NCBI GenBank assembly: GCA_043228905.1
Contig: JBHGNT010000001.1
Location: forward strand, 3,906,001-3,970,000
From: Azolla caroliniana
Taxonomy: Eukaryota > Plantae > Polypodiophyta
Direction of reading: 5' to 3'
DNA length: 64,000 nucleotides
Shown here one piece after another: positions 51,701 through 64,000 of the stretch. The notes below the pieces were generated by a model. The model saw only the letters and a list, made by a program, of their open reading frames with translations. It made no database searches and was not told the origin of the DNA. A program made the position numbers and the translations under genes. Numbering within the stretch: the stretch's first letter is position 1; each line of letters starts with the position of its first letter.

Positions 51701-52875
51701 AGGATGTCGGTAAGAAGCTAATTAAGTTTAACCGATAGAGTTGATTGTAGCTGAATATTATAGGGAAACTATGGGTGAGAGCAGATACACAAATTCTTTT
51801 GATTATTGTTTTAATGTTATATGTAGAAACAAAAACAGTTAAACTGGTTTTTAGTATTTGTTTGCTAATTTCTTGAATGGCATTTAACTCTCCAATTTCA
51901 GCTATGAATTTCAAATGCAGTATGGATCCATTGGCTGGTCAGTTGGCGCTGTCCTTGGTTATTCGCAGGCAGTGCCTGAAAAACGTATAATAGCATGTAT
52001 TGGGGATGGAAGCTTTCAGGTTATTTTGTAGTCACAATTCCTATTATCCGGCCATCTAATAGACAATTTTATGTCGCAAATAACTTTCAAGCTTTACTTT
52101 ACATAGAAATTAGCTTGTGCAATTGTTGTAATCCCTACTATTCAGCCATCTAATCCACAAATTTATGTCTCGAATAATATTTGGACTTTGCTTTTGCGTA
52201 GAAACTAGCTTGCTCAATCTTTAGAATCTCAAAATAGACTGCATTCACTATCCATAGAAACACTCTTCCTTACCCATTTTTTTTGTATTAGAAAATATAA
52301 TATGTCAAGTGTTGTGAAATTGATGTGTTATAATATTGCAGGTCACTGCACAAGAGGTATCAACAATGATTCGGCAAGGACAAAACAACATAATTTTCCT
52401 CATCAATAATGGAGGTTATACTATTGAAGTAGAGATCCACGATGGGCCTTACAACATCATAAAGAATTGGAATTACACTGCCGTCGTAGAAGCATTCGCC
52501 AACAATGAGGGCAAGGTTTGGACTACTAAGGTAAAAACTCCTATCTTTGATTGAAATACGATGTGTTCTATGATGTTTACTGAAATACGAAGTATAATGT
52601 AATGTAGAGTATTGGTTGCAAGGGTCCACATGAAATACGGAAGTTTTTGGGAGTTTCGATGTGATAACGAATAAATGGCAGTGTTTTGTTTTTGTGGGTT
52701 TTAGGTGAAAACTGAAGAGCAACTTGAAAAGGCCATCTCTATGGTGCAAGGGCAGAAGAAGGATTGCCTTTGTTTCTTGGAATGCATTTTGCACAAAGAT
52801 GATACGAGTAAGGAATTGTTGGAATGGGGGTCTCGAGTGTCTGCCGCGAATAGCAGACCACCTAACCCTCAATGA
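48774..52875 (+). CDS. PDC: Pyruvate decarboxylase (ThDP-dependent), 7 exons
   Basis: Exons 48774-49595, 50618-50781, 50943-51503, 51621-51708, 51902-52019, 52342-52530 and 52705-52875. Motifs [34 protein letters not shown]...INNGGYTIE and C-terminal [16 protein letters not shown]. Confidence 0.97.
52035..52219. repeat. About 95-bp degenerate duplication in PDC intron 5
   Basis: CCTA.TAT.C.GCCATCTAAT..ACAA.TTTATGTC...TAGAAA.TAGCTTG occurs twice. Confidence 0.8.
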
Positions 52876-55800
52876 AAAACAAATGTGACTTACATCCTTT
52901 TCAGGAGAGAGAGACACTGAATGAATCATGCTTTTCTTTTAGTCCTTCTGAACTTTTTCCAGATAAATAAAACATAAGTCCCTTCTCTATGGATTTTTGT
53001 GATATAAGTCTCCCTGAATATTCTCTAGAGATATTTGACCTATATTCTCTCTGAATAAAATCTTAGCCTACTCATCCCCTGTTATTTATAAGGACTATTT
53101 CAAGATATAACCGTAGCATATTATGTCAGTTAGCACTCCTGTGAGGAGAGAAAAGCGCTTTTGAACACTATATATACAGATATTTGTATACATGCATATA
53201 TTAGCTTTTAGAGTCTATTTTCTATAAACTATTCTCATGCCTATGTTGCTGGGAATCTTTTCTACAAAAACTGCCCTTGATCACATTGGTATATCATTTT
53301 TCATATTTTTATTTACTTATCTTGCTTTTCTGGTTTTGTTCTCTTTTGTTGCTTTATGTGTGCACTGTTTTAGGAAAACGTCCTTTTAACTATATCGATT
53401 TCTTCGCTTGCTCTTGTGTTTCGTTCTCTTGGTCAAGTTCTTTTATTTTGTGCTTTTATTTTGCAACTTGACAATATTTAAAGCCCGACATAAAAATGGC
53501 CACGGTAGAAGATGAAAATGTTTTTGTTAAGAAGCAAGTGGGTCATTGAGTTGTTGAGGCGTAGTCACAAATGAATCAGTGTTTTCTTGCATACCTTTAT
53601 GAATCAAGGAACTTAGATTGCCTCTTTCTCTCCATATAAACCATGAACGAACTAGTTGTGTTCATTGTGTGTTCTTGCATACCTTCATGAATTAAGGAAC
53701 TTAGATTGCCTCTTTTTGAACGAACTAGTTGTGTTCAGTCTACGTGAAATGTGTTTGGAAAGACATGAACATATGAACACGAATATAATACATACCATCT
53801 ACTATCTAGATATGTTTGTGTACAATAGATTAGATGTTACTTTGCACCAGAAACATTTCCCTTCATTGGCACTCCAAGAAAACCCTTCACTACAAGTTCT
53901 CTTTTGATTCCTATCACATAAGAGTTCTCTTCACTTGTACTTCATTAGGATCCTTGGACTTAAGTTATGATTGGTGGTATACTTGTAAAATCGTGATAGT
54001 CTTGAAATTTAAAGTAACATTATCAGTGCATAATGAATTCATTCGATTCCATTATATGACCCCTTCGAGAACTAAGAGTGTTTGGATGACAACACGTTAT
54101 TCTCGAGTATATTGGCATATAAAGTTCAATTTTATGCAATACAAATGTCAAGACTCAAGTCACAAAACCCTCACTTTTTACTTATTCATGAACAGTTTAA
54201 TTTTATACACATACACACTATTGTCACATTATTGTCGCAAGGCACACAGTTCCAATAATGTCTTTCCTTTTCTTGAACCGCTAATGACAACATCTTCATG
54301 CTACAGCTTCAATTATTTTATTAGAACAATTATATCAAATTTCAAGCCATAATTATTCTAAGCAAACTTGTCATTTCTTATTTATTGCATCTCTAAGATT
54401 TGACCCTCCAATTGCTACACTTGAATTATTCGATTCTTTTTTTGCTTTTGGCTCTGATTCTTGTTTGATAAGTATAATTTGGGTTTTGCTTCAAACAAGA
54501 AACTTGCAAAAACAAATTGATCTATAGTGTCCTTGATGGCTAATATTAAGTTTATCGGGTTTGGTATGGTTATAATAAACATCAAATTATGCCATTGGTT
54601 AGTGGTTTTTTCACTTTCATCTTGTTTCAAACACACAAAAGACAATTGAACAAGAATACCATTTGACATTGTGCTAATAAGATTACAATGGAGTTACAAT
54701 GACAAGATATAGAGCTAGTATACAGGCCATCCGCTTAAATAGTTCACTTACCCTTATTAAAGTTATTCATTCTTAGATTGATCATAAATGAAGTAAAATC
54801 CGAGTCAACTTTAAGGAAGGGTATATGTTACATGAGAAACAAAAAGGGTGGAATTCATATTACAAGAACTACAAGTGGTAGGATTGATATTAGCCTATAT
54901 ATGAGCAAACTCTTGATATCTCATTGAAAAACAACATTGAATAGTTTATTTTTATTGTTTGCATGTAATTCACACACTTTTTGATTTCTAGTGATTCCCT
55001 GTAGAACTTTAATGGAGACAAGTGTGTAATGCATGTTTATGGAAAACTTTTGCATGTCATTGATGAATTATTCAAAACCAAAGCTATGAATGCCTCTTGG
55101 ATTTTGGATGAAGAGTATTGTAGTAGATATATTGTGCTGTAATAGTGGGTACAACCATTCGAACTATTATCTTTCAATATTTGGTTGCCTTTGGTCATTA
55201 TTAAAGTTTTAACGCGTGCTTGATATTTTAAGCTTCAATCAAATGTAGTACAACTACAAAGATACATTATACCTCAATTCTAGAACACAAATAGAAAGTT
55301 ATGATTCTAATAAAATACTAGATAATAAATTGGTAGTAAAAAGTACCAAATAGTTGATCTAATGTGGCACTCAAAAAGTTTGGAAATGTTGTTGCACATA
55401 AGAAATCCTATGCATTATATATGCTACATGTTTGAAACTATCATAAATACTATAATGTTTGAAGGGCAACATAACAAGTACGTGCTATCAAGGTGATTTC
55501 GTTGAGGCATGATGGTTACTATTGATACGTCTTCGATATAATATACATTAATCTTGATCTTCCATGATGCATGTTCCGAGGGGGGTTGCTAACTTCTTTA
55601 ACTTAGTATTTTTCTTCTATTTTTATTTATTTATGTACTATTCCTTTTAGTTTCCTCGTTTGATTTATTCTTCTTTTAATATTATATTCGTGTAGTTGTC
55701 TAATGAGGGCCACTGCTACTATTGTATGTTGGCCCTTTCTTCTACATATCAACAATGCATGAACTCACGACCCATCCGAGGTGCTTGGGGAGACCATATT

Positions 55801-56165
55801 AGATATTACTTCCAATGTGGGAGAAACAATTTCCGAAGTCATGTTCCGAGGAGGTAATCTCAGCACAGAAACCCATCGCTTAACTCGCAAACCAATAATC
55901 ATACCCATTATATTGTAAAGCGCAAGCCCTACACACTACTATATGTGGATTTGGGGGGGGGGGGGGGAGGGAGCCGGCGACGCGAAAGGCATAAAAATCG
56001 CATGCAAAAATGCAAACAACTTCACGATTCAATGTATGTACATATCATTCGACATATGATTGGGGGGGGGGGGGGTCCTAGGGATGATTGTGTATGGCCA
56101 TGTCTCAATGTGAGCAAGCAAAACGCATGAACATGTGATGGATAGATAATATACATATACCAATA

Positions 56166-56258
56166 TGAATGCATGCATGTATGTATGTATGTATGCATGT
56201 ATGTGTATGTATGTATGTATGTATGTATGTATGTATGTATGTATGTATGTATGTATGT
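56166..56258. repeat. (ATGT)n microsatellite
   Basis: Direct reading. Confidence 0.95.
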
Positions 56259-56529
56259 GTTTCCATGCATATCAGCAAATAAACACATGAGCAAGCGGCC
56301 GGAGAGTTTTTAGATGAAAAACGGTCTCTCTGCGGTGCTCTCTCTCTCTCTCTCTCTCTTTCTGAGCCTTTTTTGCTTCTGTCTCTCTTTCTTCTTCCTT
56401 TTTATTTTAACTTTCCTTTTTCTCTGTCTGCACACCCCCAAGACGACGAAGAAGAACCTACGACACAGAAGAAGGTGTCGATGTCCACCACAAAACTCGG
56501 CACATCTTCTCCTTCTCTCTTCTGATGGT

Positions 56530-56813
56530 TCCATTCGTCCATCCATGGCACGCGCTTCGTTCTCACAGGTTACTCTCTCTCTCTCTCTCTCTCATGGCTT
56601 CTTCATCCATGGATCGTACATAGTTCTCGCTCTTGATGATCTCTCTTTCTCTCTCTCTCTCTCTCACTCATAGCACCTTCATCGATGTATCGTGCATCGC
56701 TCTCAGAGTTTTTATATCTGTTTCTCCCTAATGGCTCCTTAATCCATGGATCATGCATCGTTCTCGCATGGCATCTTCAACCGTTGGATTGTGCATCACT
56801 GCCATAGTTTTGA

Positions 56814-56845
<32 letters not shown>

Positions 56846-56895
56846 CATGGATTCTTCATCCATGGATCGTGCATCGTGCTCACAGTTTTGATATC
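56530..56895 (+). repeat. About 6 degenerate 40-45-bp units separated by (CT)n tracts in the MUB leader
   Basis: Consensus CATGGCTTCTTCATCCATGGATCGTGCATCGTTCTCACAG. Confidence 0.8.
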
Positions 56896-58330
56896 TCCGT
56901 CTCATCTCCCTCTTATTTGTTATGTTTTCACGTCTAACTTAGACCCAGAGAGAGACCAGACACGAATTCCCTTTTATCTCAGTTTTGATATCTGTCTGTC
57001 TGCGGTATTTTCATGTCCAAGCGCTCAGGAAAAGTCGAGAAAGAGACATAGAGCCCTTTTTGTTATTCAAGTTTTGTTCTTCACTCTTTCTGGCGACGAA
57101 AGATGCAAGAAGGATGAGAGAGGGAGAGAATGGGAGAAAGGACTGCGTAAAGACCAATCTTTTTTCCTTCCCTTTGTCTTCTGTGTGAGGGGTTTTCTCT
57201 TTCTTTCCCCTCGATCTTCTGTGTAAGAGAATTTTGTTCGTTGTTTTTCCATTACACTCAGTCTCTCAAGATAAGGTCTTAAATCATTCAGTTTTTTTTC
57301 AGTTTGTGGGGTCTTGACGGATTTATATGCCTCCAAGCATACTTTTGGCCACTAGCTCTTCCTTAAAATCAAGAGATTCTTGACATACTTTAGTTAATTT
57401 CTCTCTCTATATTTCTTTATGTGATTTGATTCACCTTTTGTTTTGTTTGATTATGGACTTACTTGCATATGTACCATTTCTCTATGGCTATTGAAATTAG
57501 TTTCATGGAACAATGTGAAACATTGTCCTCCAAACCTGTGAAGATCCGAAAATTCTGTATGCCTAGTCATGATGGAGATTACGAAAAACCGAGTCTTAAT
57601 AAAATATTTGGAAAAGTTTAGTCTTTCAAGCCTGAGGAACCTATGAGTAGTAGGAGGATAGCAGTTTTAATCACAAGTAATATTTTAAGTGTAATCACAG
57701 GGACCTGTGTATACTAGTCTTAATACATCCCGTGAATGTTAAGGAAGTCCTAGTCTTCAGGTGAGAAGATCTGTAATTGAATACAGGCCTATATTCTTTT
57801 GTACGGTAGATTATGCAGAATGGCCCATTTGTACTGTCATAAAACAAAGTCAACAGCCATTCAATTCTGTCTTCATTTTGCCAATCATTCACTCTTATCT
57901 TGGGGTGAATTCTTGTCAATATAACTTACATTCATAGTATAACAGACTAATCAATTAAGCAATTTAAACTTGACGTTTCACATTTTTCATTCAATTTTTG
58001 CTGAATTCTGGCCACTATAACAAGATATCTCAAAAACATATGATTGTATTTTTTTGTAACTTTGTAACATATTTATCAATTATGGCATTTTAGGCATATT
58101 TTGGCTAGATTGTCGTTAGGGATGTGTTCCATAACAAGATTTCTCAAGCACATATGTTGACAATCGTTTGTTTGTAGCTGATATGATTATGACTTAATTT
58201 TACTCATCTTTCAGTTGTATCTCCAATGAATTCTTGTTAATATTATCAACTGTAACAAGTTACCTCAAGGATTACCCGCTAGATTAGCAGAGATTGTTGA
58301 TTCAAAGCTTAGTGTATAGAAGAAAAAGAA

Positions 58331-60568
58331 ATGGGAACAGAACTCTTGGAGGTAAAGTTCCGGTTGTACGATGGCACCGATATTGGTCCAAGCAAATATG
58401 CTCTAACAACTACAATCTCAAGCCTCAAAGAGAGCATTCTTTCTCAATGGCCTAAAGGTGGAACTTGTTTTTTGCATTTTTCCACGTCCTTTCTTATTTT
58501 AGATTGTTTTTTCTTCTTCTTCATGTTGTGAGTTGGAAACCTTTTCTGTGCAGACAAGGAACATAACCCTAAAGTTATAAATGATTTAAAATTGATTAAT
58601 GCTGGTAAAATTTTGGAGAATAACAAGACCCTAGGAGAATCCAGGGTACCTTTTGGAGAAATGCCAGGTGGAAGTATAACTATGCATGTGGTCGTGCGAC
58701 CTCCTGCGGCAGACAGAGTGCCAGGTAAGTAATGTTATGTTTGACTCTGATTATAATTTGAACTTTTTAGCTATTCTTTTTGTTTGAAGTATTCTATCAT
58801 ATTGCCTTAGTTTCTCTGTTCATTCTAGGACGTAGACTTGTAGGTAGTTTCTAATTTTAAACTTTAGGACGTTAGCTTTGCTCTGCGTGTGCTCAATATT
58901 CTTTAAGATGATGATTTAGGAAATTTCCCTGTTGTAATATACTGTAGGTAAGCCATAATACAGTATTGTTTCAGAGGGTTGCAACATATTGGTGTTGCCA
59001 GAAGTTTCCAATATGAGCGCAAAAAGAATTTAGAATATGCACGAAGTCAATTAATGAATTGGGCACTCACTGATATGAATGCTGTTTGTTAAGATCTTTA
59101 TTGTAGGATAATCCTAGGTGGAGATGCTGCTGAACTTGGAAAGATTTGCATGTGGTATTTAGGAAATAGTGATTTTATTCTGAAGAAAGTGTTGATAGAA
59201 TGGTAAATGTCATAGATTGACTACCTTAACTATAGTGAACATTCTCAGCTGGCTGGTCTCTTAATAGTGCTATCAGTGAGTGTCTTCAAAGGTGTCAATG
59301 TGCTACAATCCTATCACTGCAGAGCCCATTACTAGACTCTCTTGTGCTTGATCTTCAGGAAGAATCGTCCAAGGAATGGGAACATTTTTGTTATTTTCTT
59401 AAAGACCTTTCAGTAGAATGCCCATTTCTTGTATCATCTATATATTTCTCATGTTATAGTAATGATGGATAGAACCATCATCCATACACGTCTTTAAAAA
59501 CGTAAGTAGATTGGTCAGGTAGCCATTGCCAGTTATTTGAATGATAATTAGAATGTTTACTACGATACATGTTCAATATATAGATATTTTTGGCGAGATT
59601 CAAAAAGTAAGTAGATTGTTCATGTAGCCATTTCCAGCTATTTGAATGATAATTAGAATGCTTACATTACATGTTCAATATATAGATATTTTTGGGATTT
59701 GTGAGATTAACCATAACTTTCCTCAATGTCATGCATCATATGGTCAATGTTGATCATTGGGGTTCCCATGTCAGCAGATTTTCTTCATGCATGAAGCATT
59801 GTTAAGAGAACAAAAATGGCAAAAAGTTAATTGTGAAATCGCAATAAAGGAATGAGTGAAAATTGAGTTCCGAGGAATTATCAATAGGACACCTTTTTCC
59901 TGTCGTAGACGTTGTCACCGGATATTTAATTCTAGATTTACCTTAGCCTGTGTATGCCCACAGAGGAAGTTTGGATCTGTCATGGCTGAGTATATTATCC
60001 ATGCATGCTTCAGTAGATATACCATCGTTTCAGAAATATATGCTAGGTTATGGAAATGACCAGGTTTGAAATAACTCTTTTTCAATTGTCTCCTACTGCT
60101 GATTATATGGAAGCTTCTTGAGTAAGCTAGGCTCTTTATGTGGTGTAAACAAATAGGAACAGTTTTGGCCATCATAAAGTCAGGAGGTTCTTAATATACC
60201 CCTACTCCAATGATCTCAGCAATGTAAGCTATATTCTTAGTCGCAACTGAATGCACCAGGGTTGAACAATGAAGATTCTTTATATCATTTAATTTGTTAC
60301 ATAGTCTTGCATGCTTGGATCTCACAAAATTTTAAACTTTTAAGAACATATACAACTAACTATTCATTTGATTTGCTAACTAAACTTATTCATTCATGTC
60401 TAGATCATCCATCAATACATGATTTTTGCTTAGTTTGTATTCACATATTAAAACTTGTGTAATGATAAAGGAACTCAATTCATTTATTCTTGATTCCTGC
60501 CTTTCTTTCCAGACAAGCCGGCATCCAAAAAGCCCAAGAAGAGTAAATGTGTTTGCACCATCCTCTAA
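58331..60568 (+). CDS. MUB: Membrane-anchored ubiquitin-fold protein (UBL3/MUB)
   Basis: Exons 58331-58457, 58554-58724 and 60513-60568: LEVKFRLYDGTDIGP, LKESILSQWPK, LKLINAGKILENNKTL, ITMHVVVRP and C-terminal KKSKCVCTIL* (CaaX). Confidence 0.95.
59502..59692. repeat. About 105-bp-period duplication in MUB intron 2
   Basis: GTAAGTAGATTG.TCA.GTAGCCATT.CCAG.TATTTGAATGATAATTAGAATG at 59502 and 59607. Confidence 0.88.
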
Positions 60569-63500
60569 TATACTGTATATCCCGCTGTCAGGTTATTCAA
60601 ATTGAGTAATTTATAATCAACCAGGTTCTTCAGATTGAGCAAATTAGGTTTCCTACCCTCTCCGATTCTCCTAAGGCCTGCTACCTTGGTTTCTAATGAA
60701 TATGGCATGATTTGAAATGCAGTTTCTTTTGAGAAGACTCATGAGATCCATCGCCATATCACTTTCTCATGGTCGATGATGCTTCATTCAGCAGTGTATG
60801 GATATCTTTTCCTCAGTGTATGAACAGCTGAATCTTTTGGTTATGCACCCATATTGAGTATGGTCCTGTCATGCTAGTAACACAGACAGATTAAAATCAT
60901 ATATTGCCACAGCGAATTCAGAGAAGAGCTTCGAATGAATTGGGGGTATTTGACAATCCCATAATTGGAAGAAATATCTTGCAACATGCTAGATAGCCAT
61001 TCTATTCAAGAGGAACAAATTCTTCTTGGTGAAGTATTAGTGCAAAGCATTTTGTTTTCTATTTAGGCTCTAGAGTGTGTACATGCCAAGTTTGACTGAC
61101 ACAAAACTTAACACAGATTAATAAGCCATTGCCAGAATATTTCTAGTATGACTATCACAGAACTTAAGACAGTTAATAAGTCAGCACTCCTGTACGTCTC
61201 TATTTTCTTCTGGTTGTTTGCTGAGTTTTGACTCTCCCAGAACTTAACGGAGGTTAAGGTCATGTTTATACCAAGTCTGATTTTCACAAACTTATGACAG
61301 ATTAATAACATACATGTCTTTTAAGTTAATGCAAGGAAAGTTGTTCTAAATTTTAATTACAGTTTAGTTTTACAGTTTAGTTGATTTAAATGCATCCTCT
61401 ATATGAACTTGTCTTCACATTATGGTATTTTGTGCTTTTGGCATAGTCCATCCAATTCATTAGAAATGTTTGGGTTAGTTTCTGGTAGGTGACAGCATAT
61501 GTGTGTGCATTATCGATCCCTTCATAATGGTAATTGTTTCTTCATGTGTATTCACTATTCCTGATTTTGAAAAGTACCCATTCTGTGTATTTTTCTGATT
61601 CTAATTCTTAAAAACGTGTGGAATATTTTGACCCTTTTACTTGTGATTTTTTCTCATGATGTCAAATTTTCGTGGATTTCTTCGCAAGTTATTTTTTCTT
61701 GCCATGCAATTTAGTTTGCCTATGACATTGAACAGTCATTGCTACACCTACTCGATATCAATGTAGAAATATATAATCTTATCGAATCAAATCCATAGAA
61801 ATGTGGTGGCCTACTCCACAACATTGTTTATCTTCTCGAATCAATCGTTAGAAGTGTTTGTGCTGAATATTACTGCATATAGTTTAGTGCTCTTATTTAT
61901 GAGCCTAAATTACAGTGTTTAGCATATAGATTAAAATGTGGGAGTTTTAGAGCAAAAGCTCTTTCATGGAATGCTCTTTGTTTACATTGTCACCATCATC
62001 ATTACAATTACCACTCCTGACCAACCACAGCCCCTCCACGTGCTCCACCTCCATCATAGACTCCATCATTGTCATGTATGCCCTAAACGCGCTTCGGATT
62101 TGAAGTGTTTGATTAGATCATTTGTGATACCTTGATCTCATTAGCTAGCCAATTAGAGTCCAATTTTGCTATGAGAACTGTGATCATTGATCTGTCTATA
62201 GGGATTGTGTAGGTTGCAAATAGAATAACCTCTTCATGCTTAGTGGGCATTGAGATTGTTGGCCATAGGTTCCTTTCAAAATGAAATCGTCTAGGAAATT
62301 AGACCAGTGAGCTTTCCTACAATTTAAGAGGGTGATGGTGTTGGAGATTTGTATGGTTTGCCCCAACCAAGTAAGGACATCATTCCTTGAACATTGAGAT
62401 GTTAGCCAATAACATTAGATACTTGCATTCGTTTGTTGTGATGACATCAAATTGGTACTTCAACTAGTGTTACCCTTTGGAAGTTCCACAAATTGGTTCC
62501 ATCATGTGTATACCTAGACAACCTATCTATTCATGTGTTCATGTAGCCGCCAATTACCCATCCAACTTACATATCCATGTATAAACTACATACTACACTA
62601 TATATACAACACATCCATATATCTATTCCTTACAAAGCCTCACATGCATAGAGATGAAGGTTAGAGTTATACTTAATTAAGCAATGCATTCATACCTTTG
62701 AAATACCTTTCGGTTTTCTTCATTACCTTAGTGGCCCAAAATTATCATTATTTCGCCAATGTCCCTTAGCATTTTCCTTTGTGAGATGAAATTCACAAGA
62801 ATAAACCTTTGGTAAGGAGCTAGTGTTGATGAATGCCTATTGCCCAATGATGAGTTACATTTCCCTCTTTCCAAATAGGTCATGCTTCTCTCTAACTCAC
62901 TCTCACTCATGGTATCGAGTAAACCACAATACCGCACTCATTATTACAACAAGACCTTCAAACTCCCACTATTTTTGGCAAAAATGTATCCAACACTTTG
63001 TTTGCAACAAAATCATGCTTGATATGTTTACTTTTTTACGAAGTTATTGAAAGGTTGATCTATAAATAAGCGTGCCTTCAAATTGCTCTTTTATTTCTCC
63101 ATTGCAACCTCTAGCTTGTTATTTTTTTCTTTATGCGCAACACAACTCAGAAAAAGAGAAAAAGGCAAACAAAGGCCCATATATATTTACTTTTAGGAGT
63201 GACCAAAAGCATCACAAGACATAAAGAATGTCTCAAGGTTTTGGATTTGTTGTAGGCAATATGAAAATTATTAATCTAATTAATTAGAAATGACTTTGAT
63301 TCTATGTTAAATTATTAAGTTAAATATATATTAAGCTTAATTAAGATAGTTAAGTCCATATGATTATATGGTGTTTTTGTGTTTAATCTTAATTCACAAT
63401 AGTGACATTATGTTTCTAATGATGTGTATAATAACTTCAGTGCAACGTGTCTTTAAATTACAATTCCATGCTATCAAGTAGTAAAAAAAACCTTGAATTT

Positions 63501-64000
63501 GACCCTACATGTCAAATGCAAATAGTGATATTATTGGCCTCAGTTGAAATAAAGACAATACATATGTGAGCACCACTATCATGGATATGTGTGCTGAATG
63601 TGACGTTATCTTCACCATTTCGACTCATAGATAGGAACTGACATCAGGTCTCCATTTAGTATTTTCATGAGTTCCTAGGGGTTTGTTGAGGGTTTTGAGG
63701 TTTTGATCTCATGCTAGGAATACTAAAGTTCCTTTAAAACAAAAAATATATATCTACATGATAGAAAGCGATTAAGAACCACAAAAATAAATAAAAGTGT
63801 TATTGGGAATAAACCATGCAATATAAATGCATTGTAAACCCAATTCTAGCTCACACTTTTGGAGTATGTACCTGTAACCTAATATATATATATATATATA
63901 TATATAATGTTTTTGGAATGAACATATTGCCCCAGTAATGAGTGTTGCCAATTTTTTCTTTTTGAAATGTGACCTTTCGTTCTAGTATGATGTGAGAATA

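Noticed and set aside
53834-55200. 172-aa ORF and neighbouring protein-like fragments
   Set aside because: No ATG start or recognisable motif; possibly decayed TE, but unsupported.
55945-57336. Several 60-157 aa ORFs upstream of MUB
   Set aside because: Produced by G-runs, (ATGT)n and (CT)n low-complexity tracts.

Overview
Gene-dense, AT-rich, intron-rich land-plant nuclear DNA. It is probably from a fern or other seedless plant, inferred from the PLS-PPR and LHCII sequence style and not proven. I could reconstruct eight protein-coding genes: intronless major LHCII Lhcb (-), RRN3/TIF-IA (-), a single-ORF PLS-class PPR with truncated E domain (-), PIR/SRA1/CYFIP (+, about 31 exons), FAD synthase with C-terminal molybdopterin-binding domain (-), RPS18 (-), pyruvate decarboxylase (+) and a membrane-anchored ubiquitin-fold protein (+). 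There is also a tRNA-Thr(UGU) gene. I found no evidence for a wholly new multi-gene system. The most notable signals are RNA-processing features in PIR (an AT-AC and a GT-AG minor-spliceosome-type intron, a stop-inserting TAGTAG acceptor, an in-frame internal perfect donor), a permuted copy of the RRN3 start region heading another spliced transcript, a palindrome-containing repeat array in the MUB leader, an inverted-repeat-bounded element between the RPS18 and PDC promoters, SINE-like heads, a long PDC N-terminal extension and several uORFs. All exon structures were assembled by eye and need RNA-seq confirmation.
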